The translations under genes were made by a program, and so were the position numbers. Shown here piece by piece: positions 8,989 through 18,049 of a DNA stretch of 53,563 bases; the first letter of the stretch is position 1, and each line of letters begins with the position of its first letter. The stretch covers positions 1-53,563 of the IMG/VR virus record IMGVR_UViG_3300032173_000008, one strand, 5' to 3'. The stretch comes from a virus (taxonomy: Duplodnaviria; Caudoviricetes). The notes under the pieces were generated by a model. The model was not told the DNA's origin and did no database searches. It saw only the letters and a program-made list of their open reading frames with translations.

Positions 8989-9525
8989 ATGCGTGAAGGA
9001 ATCCCAACGAAGTATGCGCACATCAATTTTCGTAGCCGTCTCGAGGCCCAATGGGCTCACTTCTTCGACGAGCTCGGGTGGCCGTGGGAATACGAGCCGT
9101 TCGACCTGAACGGATACATCCCGGACTTCGTCGTAAAGTTCCCGCACGCGCCGCTACTCGTCGAGGTCAAGCCGTGCGTCGTGATCGGCGAACTCGTGCC
9201 GTCAGCCGCCGAGAAGATCGAAAAATCTGGCTGGGTCAAAGAGGCGCTGATCGTCGGTGCGACGCTGTTTGGTGTCAGGTCATTCAAGGGCCTCGCTATC
9301 GGCATGCTTGCCGATCAGGAGTTCGGCGGCAAGTGGCAATGGGGACCTGGACTGCTTTCCAGATGCCCGACGTGCAATGAGCTATCTCTGTTTCACGAGC
9401 ACGCATCGTACCACTGCCGCCGGTGTGGAGCCGTCCGCGGCGACGGTGAGGAGCCGTACTCTGACCTCGAGCAGAGATGGGCTCGCGCCAAAAACAAAGT
9501 CCAGTGGAAAGGTGGATCGAGATGA
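8989..9525 (+). CDS. PD-(D/E)XK nuclease family protein
   Basis: FRSRLEAQWA, YIPDF and VEVK. Confidence 0.75.
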   Translation: MREGIPTKYAHINFRSRLEAQWAHFFDELGWPWEYEPFDLNGYIPDFVVKFPHAPLLVEVKPCVVIGELVPSAAEKIEKSGWVKEALIVGATLFGVRSFKGLAIGMLADQEFGGKWQWGPGLLSRCPTCNELSLFHEHASYHCRRCGAVRGDGEEPYSDLEQRWARAKNKVQWKGGSR

Positions 9526-10454
9526 CCTGGTTCAAGGTCGACGACGGCTTCCCCGAGCACCGAAAGCTTGAGGAGCTCGAAGCAAACGCCGACGAGTGGG
9601 CGGCATGCCTGGCGGTCTGGTTGGCTGCCGGATGTGACTGCTCGAGGCGCCTAACTGAGGGCAAAATATCGGCCGCGAGGCTGTCAAGAATCACTCCTTT
9701 TGGTCGCAAAGCGGTGGCCATCGCCGACCGTCTAGTAGGACTCAATCTGTGGGAAAAACACGGTATCGACTACACGTTCCACGACTGGCATGACTACCAG
9801 CCAGAAGCGGAAGTAGTTGAAGAGAATAGAGAAAAATCCAGAGAGCGGTGGCGCGAGTGGAAGAAGCGCAAGCGAGAGCAACGGGCCGCAAACGCGTTAG
9901 CAACCACTACCACAAACGCCGTAGCAAACGCGTTTGCAAACGTCCCTCTAACGGCGTCCCGACCCGACCCGATCCCGACCCGGATCCCGTCCCCGGATCC
10001 CGTCCCGACCCGTCCCCCTCCAGATCTAGATCAAAGCGAGAGTCCAGCGCGCGCGTCTGGCGTGTCGCTTCGCGACTTCGGGGACCAGGTCGCCAACAAC
10101 GGCTTGGCGATACAGCTCGGGCGCAGCGACCGGGAGCGGTTCTCGAAGCTGGCACCTGTTGAACAGTACGAGATTGACCACGCGCTTGCCAGGTCGAAGG
10201 GAAAGGGCGTCGGATACGCGCTGAGCGTCATCGAAGGAGAGCGCACCGATGCGCTCAAGGCCAAAGACCAACCACCATCGCAAGCCCCACCTCGCCGAAA
10301 CATGAGCCCATCCGAAGAACGAGCCCAAGAAAATGCCACACGCATCGAAGCCGAGCGCCTCGAAAGAAAACGGCTGAGGTCGCTTGGAAAGTCTGGGGAC
10401 GAAATCGAGCAGATCGAGAAACAGAACCGGCAGGCTGGGGCGGATCATGGATGA
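9522..10454 (+). CDS. Phage replication initiator
   Basis: MTWFKVDDGFPEH...FHDWHDYQ N-terminus, internal repeats, upstream of helicase. Confidence 0.7.
   Translation: MTWFKVDDGFPEHRKLEELEANADEWAACLAVWLAAGCDCSRRLTEGKISAARLSRITPFGRKAVAIADRLVGLNLWEKHGIDYTFHDWHDYQPEAEVVEENREKSRERWREWKKRKREQRAANALATTTTNAVANAFANVPLTASRPDPIPTRIPSPDPVPTRPPPDLDQSESPARASGVSLRDFGDQVANNGLAIQLGRSDRERFSKLAPVEQYEIDHALARSKGKGVGYALSVIEGERTDALKAKDQPPSQAPPRRNMSPSEERAQENATRIEAERLERKRLRSLGKSGDEIEQIEKQNRQAGADHG
9888..10020 (+). repeat. 12-bp-period repeats plus CCCG(A/T) repeats; candidate replication origin
   Basis: GCAAACGCGTTA/GCAACCACTACC/ACAAACGCCGTA/GCAAACGCGTTT/GCAAACGTCCCT inside the initiator gene. Confidence 0.55.
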
Positions 10455-11967
10455 CGAACGCGACATCGAGAGCATGATGGCTCAGGTCGAAGAGACCGTG
10501 GCGCTGTGCGACGGTTCGGCGGATGCGATCAACACGTCCCGCGTGAAGCGCGGAGCTGCGCCCATCGACTGGCTGGGCGTCGAGAATCCCAAGCTGGACA
10601 AAAATAGCCCAGTGGCCAAAGCGCCGACCGAGGCGACAGTGCTCGGGGCGATCATGATCCTCGGGCAGAAAAAGATTCCGGCCGAAGTGCACGAGCTCGG
10701 CGTCGAATGCTTTACGCAGCAGCCCTACGCGTACGTCTGGTCGATGATCGAAGACTGCCTCGCTGAGGGACTCGATTGCGACGAGGTCACCGTGTGGGAT
10801 CGCATCGCGAAGGATGCTGACCGGCCGGCCGGGATCGAGTCCAACTTCCATTGCCTCACCGCGATATGCCCGAGCGTCGTCAACCTCGACCGCTGGGTCG
10901 CGGGTCTGGTCGCAGAAGCTGAGGGCAAGCGCCAACAGCTGCAGCTCGAGAACATCATGGGCAACAAGGACCTCGATGCAGAAACGAAAGCGGCCGAGGT
11001 ACAGCGGTTGCTGATGGGGGTCAAGCCGAAGTCTGGATCGATCCGCAGGGTGAAAGACTTGCTGCCAACGTGGCTCAACGACTTCCAGGCGGAACAAGTG
11101 GACCCTGAGCACGGCATCGTGGCGAAGACCGGGATCCCATCCATCGACCACAAGACCAAGCTCAAGGCGGGCGAGATGACTATCATCGCCGGCCGACCCG
11201 GCATGGGCAAGAGCGCGTTGGCTGGCAACATCGCCGCTTACTGCGCCGTGAGGGCCGGTGGTGACGTCGCTCTCTTCTCGCTCGAGATGACGGCGAGCGC
11301 GGTGATCACGCGGCTCGTGACCGCATCCGCGAGGATCAACCTCGGAGGGAAAATTCTCGACCACCAGTGGGGACGAATCATCGAGTCCGCAGACGGCATT
11401 TCGTCCATGTCGCTCTGGGTCGACGAGCGCTCGTCGCTGGATGTCTCCGACATGCGCTCGGCGCTGATGCGCGTGCCGAACACCAAGCTCATCGTGGTCG
11501 ACTACCTGGGCCTACTCAACGAAGACAAGCGGGCGCCGAGGCACGATCTGGCAGTCGGATGGAACGTGAAAGAGGTCAGAGCCCTCGCCAAAGACTTCGG
11601 TGCCCACGCCATCGTGTTGTGCCAGCTCAACCGAAAAGTCGAAGAACGCAAGCCGCCGATCCCGCAGCTGTCTGATCTGCGCGACTCGGGAAACATCGAG
11701 GAGCACGCGGACAACGTGTGGTTCGTCTACCGACCTGGCTACTACGACTCGAAGACTCCGGACAACGAGGCGACGATCATCGTCGACAAGCAGCGCCACG
11801 GGGAGAAGTCGCGAGTCGAAATTGGTTGGGACGGTGCCACGCAGAGGTTCTTCGACGTCGACACACAACACACGGATGAACCGCCGCAGCGCCCGCTATT
11901 CCTCGTGCCATCTGCAAAATCAGATGCCCACGATTGGAAGCAAGCGGCAGCCGGGAGAGATGACTGA
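10447..11967 (+). CDS. dnaB: Replicative DNA helicase
   Basis: AGRPGMGKS, FSLEM, VVDYL, CQLNR, SDLRDSGNIEEHAD and KQRHG. Confidence 0.95.
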   Translation: MDDERDIESMMAQVEETVALCDGSADAINTSRVKRGAAPIDWLGVENPKLDKNSPVAKAPTEATVLGAIMILGQKKIPAEVHELGVECFTQQPYAYVWSMIEDCLAEGLDCDEVTVWDRIAKDADRPAGIESNFHCLTAICPSVVNLDRWVAGLVAEAEGKRQQLQLENIMGNKDLDAETKAAEVQRLLMGVKPKSGSIRRVKDLLPTWLNDFQAEQVDPEHGIVAKTGIPSIDHKTKLKAGEMTIIAGRPGMGKSALAGNIAAYCAVRAGGDVALFSLEMTASAVITRLVTASARINLGGKILDHQWGRIIESADGISSMSLWVDERSSLDVSDMRSALMRVPNTKLIVVDYLGLLNEDKRAPRHDLAVGWNVKEVRALAKDFGAHAIVLCQLNRKVEERKPPIPQLSDLRDSGNIEEHADNVWFVYRPGYYDSKTPDNEATIIVDKQRHGEKSRVEIGWDGATQRFFDVDTQHTDEPPQRPLFLVPSAKSDAHDWKQAAAGRDD

Positions 11968-12418
11968 TGGGACTGTTGGCGCAGGAAGAGAAGCTGGATA
12001 GCGCGCCCGTGGCCGCGGCCAAGTTGCGAATCACCAAGATCCTCGAGGAGCAGCCATGGCTCAAAACCAAACCCAAGACCAGAGGCCGCAGGGGCTGGCA
12101 GCGGTCTTCGGCCAAAACTAAAACGCAGGCTGACGACGGCGGGAGGGCGGCGTGACCATGGCAACCGAAGAACGACCTCGTCGCTGGGCACTGGAGCACA
12201 ACGGGATCTGGCACGCGGTGATGCATGCCAATCACCACGTGGTTGGTCTCTGTCGACACGTGTTCCGGTCGGTGAGGACGCTGCCCGCCGGCGAGACACC
12301 CCCGATCGCGGAGATCTGCTGCGGGTGCCGAGGCGAGATTGAGCTGACTGCCAGGCATCGTCGCGCACCAAGCGCCGGTTCGCCGCCGGCTGCCGACGCG
12401 CAGGGGTAGTCTTTGATC

Positions 12419-12898
12419 ATGCAGAACAAACGGACACAGAGAAGAGGGAAGCGCCGAGGCGCCGCAAAGGTTGGCAGACCCCAAGCTGAGGTCAACTGGA
12501 AGGTCGTAGACGCCCTGTGCGCCGCCCAATCAACTGTCGATGGAATATGTGCTTACCTGGATATATCGCGCGTGACCATTTGGCGTGCCTGCAAACGGGA
12601 GCGCGGTTGCAATTTTGAAACCTACTTTCGTCAAAAACGAAAACGCGGCCTCGAGGGGTTGCGCGTCAAGCAGTACGAGCTGGCGATGAAGGGCGACAGG
12701 GTGATGCTCATCTGGACCGGGAAGCAATGGCTCGGCCAGAAAGAACCCCGTACGGTGCACGAGGTTAGCGGTCCCAAGGGAGGTCCTGTCACTGTCAATG
12801 TTGATGACGTGCTGGACCTGACCAAGCTGAGCGGGCCGGAGCTCGAAGCGTACGAGGTACTTCTGCGCAAGGCCGCCGGGAAGGGCGCATCGAGATGA
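12419..12898 (+). CDS. terS: Terminase small subunit
   Basis: GRP, HTH, MLIWTGKQWLGQ, VSGPKGGP; upstream of terL. Confidence 0.75.
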   Translation: MQNKRTQRRGKRRGAAKVGRPQAEVNWKVVDALCAAQSTVDGICAYLDISRVTIWRACKRERGCNFETYFRQKRKRGLEGLRVKQYELAMKGDRVMLIWTGKQWLGQKEPRTVHEVSGPKGGPVTVNVDDVLDLTKLSGPELEAYEVLLRKAAGKGASR

Positions 12899-13299
12899 GT
12901 GCCGAGGGCGCGCTTAGATACGCCTACGTCGGTATGAGAAATCGGGCGATCTCGAATGGCTTGTACGCGCCCGGTTACCGTTTCTTCGAAATCGATCTCC
13001 TTGTCCGATTGCTACGCGACCTGAACGTGCTGTTCTGGGTTGCCGATCCAAACTACGGCATCTGTGGCAAGACGCCATCGCTCAACGGGGCGCCGGAAAT
13101 CGCGATTGTTACACCACCTCCAGCGAAGCCGGAGTCCAGAGGCCTGGCCATCTGGGTGTGCGGTACGAAGTGCCACCATCACGTTGCTACTCAAGACGAA
13201 AGATGGATCGATCATTTGCGCTCGTCTGGCTGGGAATGTTGCATCGCATTCCTAGCCGAGGACGTGCGCGTGGACTTGAGGCGGCTGGGCTACGAATGA
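12895..13299 (+). CDS. Degenerate VRR-NUC-like protein
   Basis: GAPEIAIV...QDERWIDHLRSSGW pattern; catalytic residues appear substituted. Confidence 0.4.
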   Translation: MSAEGALRYAYVGMRNRAISNGLYAPGYRFFEIDLLVRLLRDLNVLFWVADPNYGICGKTPSLNGAPEIAIVTPPPAKPESRGLAIWVCGTKCHHHVATQDERWIDHLRSSGWECCIAFLAEDVRVDLRRLGYE

Positions 13300-14825
13300 C
13301 AGCGAACCCACCCAGCAGTGATCTCTATCGCGTGGTCGGCGAGCTGTGCCGGCGCGACTTCGCGCGCTTCGTTCGCGAGGCCTGGCCGATCATCGACACG
13401 CGCGAACTCGTCTGGAGCTGGTACGTCGAGGCGATTTGCAGACATCTGCAAGCCGTCGCAGACGGTCAGATCCGTAACCTGCTGCTAAACATCCCGCCGG
13501 GGATGGGTAAAAGCACCCTGGTGTCGGTGCTGTGGCCGGCCTGGATGTGGCTGCGCCGACCGGACTACCAGCTACTGACGACGAGCCACGCCGAGCCGCT
13601 CGCGCTGCGTGACGCGGTGAAGGCGCGCGAGATCATGCGCTCGGTCTGGTACATGCAACTACGCGGCGACGCGTGGGATTTCAAAGGCGACCAGGACGTC
13701 AAGGGCTATTATGCCAACACTGCCGGCGGGCATCGTGTGTCATTCGGCCTCACCGGCCACACCGGATGGCGCGGCGATTGTCGCCTCGTCGACGACCCGC
13801 TGAATGCGAAGAAGTTCCCGACGCCCGGCGAGCTCGCCTCGGCGATCGAGGCCTGGGATTTCTCGCTGGCCACCCGCCTCAACGACCGCGACCATGCAGC
13901 GTCGATCGTTGTGATGCAGCGCCTGCACCAGGACGACCTCGCCGGACATCTCATCCGCCAGGGCGGATACGTGCACCTGCGTCTGCCGATGGAATTTGAG
14001 CCAGAGGATCGCTGCGACACCGGCATCTACCGTGACCCACGCGTCAACGCCGGCGACCTGCTCTGCCCGGAAGTGATCTCCTCGAGCGGCGTTGCCGAAA
14101 TCAAGCGTCCCCTGGGAAGCTACGGCGTGGCGAGCCAACTCCAACAGCACCCGGCGCCACCCGGCGGCTTCATCGTTAAGCGTGAGCACCTGAAGACGTA
14201 TCGCGTGCTGCCTGACAGCGCGTCTGATTTTCTCCAGTCGTGGGACTGCAACTTGAAACAGACCAAGTCCGGGTCGTTCATCGTTGGCCAGGTGTGGGCG
14301 CGCTCCGGATCTGCGCGTTACCTCGTCGACCAGGTGCGCGCTCGCGTGGGCTTTACCGAATCGATAGCCATGGTCAAGGCACTCACGGGGAAGTGGCCGC
14401 GGGCTGCGCTCAAGCTCGTCGAGGACGAAGCGAACGGGCCCGCGCTTGTCGACACCCTCAAGGGTGAGATCCCGGGCTTCAATCCGCCTGACGACAAGGA
14501 CATCTACCGGCCGAAGGACAGCAAAGAGGATCGGCTGCGCTCGCAGTTGCCGTACTTCGAGGCCGGCAACGTGTTCATACCCGACCCGTCAGCTGCGCCA
14601 TGGGTGAATGACTACGTCGAGGAAGTCGTCACGTTCCCCAGCGCACCAAGCGACGACCAGGTCGACACTACGACCCAAGCTTTGAGATGGTACCAGAAGC
14701 ATGAGCCGGCACTTTATGAATACAAAGCGACAACTGCCGACTTGGCCAAACGACAGCAAGATGATCGCCATTCCGTGCTCGCCCAAGGTGGCGGATTTCG
14801 CGGACGGCGCGGTGGAGTGATTTGA
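13296..14825 (+). CDS. terL: Terminase large subunit
   Basis: NIPPGMGKS, LVDDP, MQRLHQDD, QSWD and FPSAPSDDQVD. Confidence 0.95.
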   Translation: MTANPPSSDLYRVVGELCRRDFARFVREAWPIIDTRELVWSWYVEAICRHLQAVADGQIRNLLLNIPPGMGKSTLVSVLWPAWMWLRRPDYQLLTTSHAEPLALRDAVKAREIMRSVWYMQLRGDAWDFKGDQDVKGYYANTAGGHRVSFGLTGHTGWRGDCRLVDDPLNAKKFPTPGELASAIEAWDFSLATRLNDRDHAASIVVMQRLHQDDLAGHLIRQGGYVHLRLPMEFEPEDRCDTGIYRDPRVNAGDLLCPEVISSSGVAEIKRPLGSYGVASQLQQHPAPPGGFIVKREHLKTYRVLPDSASDFLQSWDCNLKQTKSGSFIVGQVWARSGSARYLVDQVRARVGFTESIAMVKALTGKWPRAALKLVEDEANGPALVDTLKGEIPGFNPPDDKDIYRPKDSKEDRLRSQLPYFEAGNVFIPDPSAAPWVNDYVEEVVTFPSAPSDDQVDTTTQALRWYQKHEPALYEYKATTADLAKRQQDDRHSVLAQGGGFRGRRGGVI

Positions 14826-16516
14826 TGGCACAGATTCTTGACTATCGCGGACAGCCCGTAGAGATGAAGACACTCGCGGAGGAACTCGCGGCGCCGTCCA
14901 TGGCCGGCGTGCGCACGCCATGGTGGCCAGCGGTCTACAACCTGACCCCGGATCGACTCGGTCAGATCCTTGCGGCCGTGGATAGCAACGACATCAACGA
15001 GTACCTGACGCTCGCCGAGCAGATGGAGGAGAGCGACCTCCACTACCACTCGGTGTTGAGCACGCGCAAACTTGCCGTGGGCAGCCTGGCGCTCACTATC
15101 GAGTCAGTCACCGACGACAAGCGCGACGAAGAGATTGCCGACTTTGTCGGTGAGGTTATGCGGGACGACGCGGCCCCTGGCCTGCTGTCTGATCTACTTG
15201 ACGCGGTGGGCAAGGGATTCTCCGTCTGCGAGATCATGTGGGATCGATCTGGGAGCCAGTGGGTGCCGAGCGCCTATGAGTGGCGCGACCCGCGGTTCTT
15301 CATGTTCGACCGCGACACCGGCAGGGAGCTGCGCCTGCGCGACGAGAAGGACCTCGCGGTGGGCGTCCCGCTCGCTCCGTACAAGTTTGTCCAGCACAGG
15401 CCGAAGATTAAGACGGGCGTGCCAATCCGCGGCGGCCTCGCGCGGCTCGCGGCCATCGCCTACATGTGCAAGAACTACTCGCTCAAAGATTGGCTCGCGT
15501 TTGCCGAGGTCTTCGGCATGCCGATCCGCGTGGGCAAGTACGACTCAGGCGCGACCGACGACCAGAAGCGCGAGCTGCTGCGCGCGGTCAGCAACATCGG
15601 TACCGACGCCGCGTGCATCATCCCGAAGTCGATGCTCATCGACTTCATCAGCGCGTCGACGTCGACCGGCGGCGACAAGCTATTCATGGGCCTCGCCGAT
15701 TGGCTCGACGCCCAGGTGTCGAAGGGCGTACTCGGCCAGACGATGACGGCCGACGCCCACGCCTCCGGCATCGGCTCCGGTCAGGCGCAGGTGCACAACG
15801 AGGTCAGGCAAGACATCCGCGACGACGACGCGAACAAGTTGGCAGCGACGATCAAGCGCGACGTTGTGCGTCCGCTCGTAGACCTCAACTTTGGACCTCC
15901 GGCGAGTGGGCATTACCCGCGTGTGCGCCTCGTGCTCGAGACCGCGGACGACCTCGAATCGTTGTCAAAGTCTCTCCCGCCGTTCATCGAGCAGGGCTTG
16001 CGCGTCGAAGAGTCCGTCATCCGCGACAAGTTCAATTTACCTGCACCAGCTCCGGACGCCATGCTGCTACACCCAAGGGCGTCCTCGGCGCCGGCGCCGG
16101 TCACCCCAGCAGAGCCGGGCGTCGCTGCACCACCGACTACGCCGGCAGCGACCGCACGTCGCATCCAGGAACTGACCGCCATCGAGCTCCTGGCGCGCGT
16201 CAGGCACGGCGAGACATTGACCCCAGACCAGCGTGGGCTGCTCGCGGCGTACGTGGCGACCTGCCAGTCACATGGCACTCAGGACGAAGACGAGATCGAT
16301 CGCCTGACGAATGAGGCGTTGAGGGGGTGGCGGCAAGTGGCAGATCCGGTGCTCGCGCCAATCATCCAGGCGGCCGAACAAGCCGGCAGTGCAGACGACT
16401 TCGTGGCCGAGCTCGGCCGCATCGCCGGCACCACCAATCTGGACGAGCTGGCGCAGCAGTTGGCGACGAGGACTTTTGAGTCGAGAGCACTCGGCGATGT
16501 GAAGGACAAGCCATGA
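14825..16516 (+). CDS. Mu gp29-like portal protein (DUF935)
   Basis: WLAFAEVFGMPIRVGKY, VSKGVLGQT and VHNEVRQDI. Confidence 0.9.
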   Translation: MAQILDYRGQPVEMKTLAEELAAPSMAGVRTPWWPAVYNLTPDRLGQILAAVDSNDINEYLTLAEQMEESDLHYHSVLSTRKLAVGSLALTIESVTDDKRDEEIADFVGEVMRDDAAPGLLSDLLDAVGKGFSVCEIMWDRSGSQWVPSAYEWRDPRFFMFDRDTGRELRLRDEKDLAVGVPLAPYKFVQHRPKIKTGVPIRGGLARLAAIAYMCKNYSLKDWLAFAEVFGMPIRVGKYDSGATDDQKRELLRAVSNIGTDAACIIPKSMLIDFISASTSTGGDKLFMGLADWLDAQVSKGVLGQTMTADAHASGIGSGQAQVHNEVRQDIRDDDANKLAATIKRDVVRPLVDLNFGPPASGHYPRVRLVLETADDLESLSKSLPPFIEQGLRVEESVIRDKFNLPAPAPDAMLLHPRASSAPAPVTPAEPGVAAPPTTPAATARRIQELTAIELLARVRHGETLTPDQRGLLAAYVATCQSHGTQDEDEIDRLTNEALRGWRQVADPVLAPIIQAAEQAGSADDFVAELGRIAGTTNLDELAQQLATRTFESRALGDVKDKP

Positions 16517-17070
16517 CAATGATTGAACGGTTCTGGTCGAAAGTGAAGAAGTCGCCAGGGTGTTGGATGTGGGATGGGTCTCCATCAAAGAGATACGGAT
16601 ACTTCCGCACCAACAGAACTCGGGTAGCTGCTCACCGCTTTTCGTGGGAGATTCACAACGGAGAAATACCGCCAGGACTGTGCGTCCTTCACCGGTGTGA
16701 TGTCGCCAAATGCGTGCGCCCTGACCACCTGTTTCTCGGCTCTCAACTAGAAAACATCGCCGACAGAGATCGCAAAGGGAGAACGGCGCGCGGCGAAAAG
16801 CTTGGCCACAATCGCGGTGACCGCAACGGGACGCATACGATGCCGGAGCGTGTTGCACGCGGAGATAGAAATTGGGCCAAGGCACATCCTGAGTTAATGC
16901 CGCGCGGAGAGCAGGTTAAAACGGCCAAGCTCACACGGGAGAGGGTTGCGGAAATTTTGTCGTCTTCCATGCGCCAAGACGATATCGCGCGAAAGTTTGG
17001 TGTCAGTCAGTCGCTGATTTCGGCGGTCCGCTTGCGTCAGATTTGGAAACACGTGGAGGTGCACTCATGA
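16513..17070 (+). CDS. HNH homing endonuclease
   Basis: RFWSKV, CWMW, VLHRCD..CVRPDHL; C-terminal HTH. Confidence 0.9.
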   Translation: MTMIERFWSKVKKSPGCWMWDGSPSKRYGYFRTNRTRVAAHRFSWEIHNGEIPPGLCVLHRCDVAKCVRPDHLFLGSQLENIADRDRKGRTARGEKLGHNRGDRNGTHTMPERVARGDRNWAKAHPELMPRGEQVKTAKLTRERVAEILSSSMRQDDIARKFGVSQSLISAVRLRQIWKHVEVHS

Positions 17071-17555
17071 AATCGGGAGAGATCCCCGGAACGACTGTCG
17101 ATATCTTCGGAAAACCGTTAGATTTTGGCACCAAGGATAACAGCAAACCCACGGGCGGAATGTGCTGCCAGTGTTTGGTGCTCTTCTGGACCAACGCCGA
17201 TCTCAAAGCCAGCTACGAGGCGGCGTCCGCGGGCGAGCACACGTTTGTCCGCCCAGAGAGCGGTGAGCGCGTGCAGACCATTGCTGACATCCTGACGATA
17301 GGCCCGATGTTGCGGCGCGTCGGTGTCTGCGACGAGAACCCGCTGACCGGCGACAAGTTCCCGGAGCCGCGCAAGGTTTATCGCTGCGCGCACCAGCGCG
17401 AAGACTACACCTGCGCAATCTACGACAAGCGACCGGCGATGTGCCGCGCCTATCCGGAGACGACGCTCGATCAGTCCAGCCACTCGTGCCAGTACCGGCA
17501 CTGCGGCAGCGTCGACTGCCCGGGCCACGTTGCGAATGAGAAGCACGATGGCTGA
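17067..17555 (+). CDS. YkgJ-like cysteine-cluster (Zn/Fe-chelating) protein
   Basis: GMCC...C...CAIYDKRPAMCRAYP. Confidence 0.75.
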   Translation: MKSGEIPGTTVDIFGKPLDFGTKDNSKPTGGMCCQCLVLFWTNADLKASYEAASAGEHTFVRPESGERVQTIADILTIGPMLRRVGVCDENPLTGDKFPEPRKVYRCAHQREDYTCAIYDKRPAMCRAYPETTLDQSSHSCQYRHCGSVDCPGHVANEKHDG

Positions 17556-17841
17556 GTCGAGGATCGTGTTGCCCGGCTTGCCTCGAAGGCCTTCTCCGGT
17601 CGAAGCGCTCGGTGCCGACATGCAGGTCATCCTGGGGATATTGGACCGTCTCCGCAGGTCTGATGATCCGGCTCCGTCCGCGACGCTCAAGCGGGTCCTC
17701 GACCAACTGTTGTCGACGACCACCGCACTCGTCTCGGTGAGCAAGGAGCTTGCCCCGTATCGGGCGTCAGACGACGAGCCTGTGCTTGATACACTTCGGC
17801 GCGTCCTCGCAGAGTGCAGCGCCACGGAGCACCATGGGTGA
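17548..17841 (+). CDS. Hypothetical protein
   Basis: Overlap-coupled ORF. Confidence 0.5.
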   Translation: MAESRIVLPGLPRRPSPVEALGADMQVILGILDRLRRSDDPAPSATLKRVLDQLLSTTTALVSVSKELAPYRASDDEPVLDTLRRVLAECSATEHHG

Positions 17842-18049
17842 AGCGCGCGACATCGTGCTGAAGTCGATCGTCGAAGACGTCGAAAAACGTCTCGACGCAT
17901 ATCTGCACGAGGAGCGCTGCTTTGTGGACTTGGAGATCGACGGCGCCGTCGACGAGCGTCAGGACACCCTTCGCATCGTGGTGCGTGTGAGCAAGATGGC
18001 GAGCGGGCCGCAGATCTTGCCGTGGAGTGGTGAGGTGGGCAATGCATAG
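17834..18049 (+). CDS. Hypothetical protein
   Basis: GGAG RBS; overlap-coupled. Confidence 0.5.
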   Translation: MGEARDIVLKSIVEDVEKRLDAYLHEERCFVDLEIDGAVDERQDTLRIVVRVSKMASGPQILPWSGEVGNA

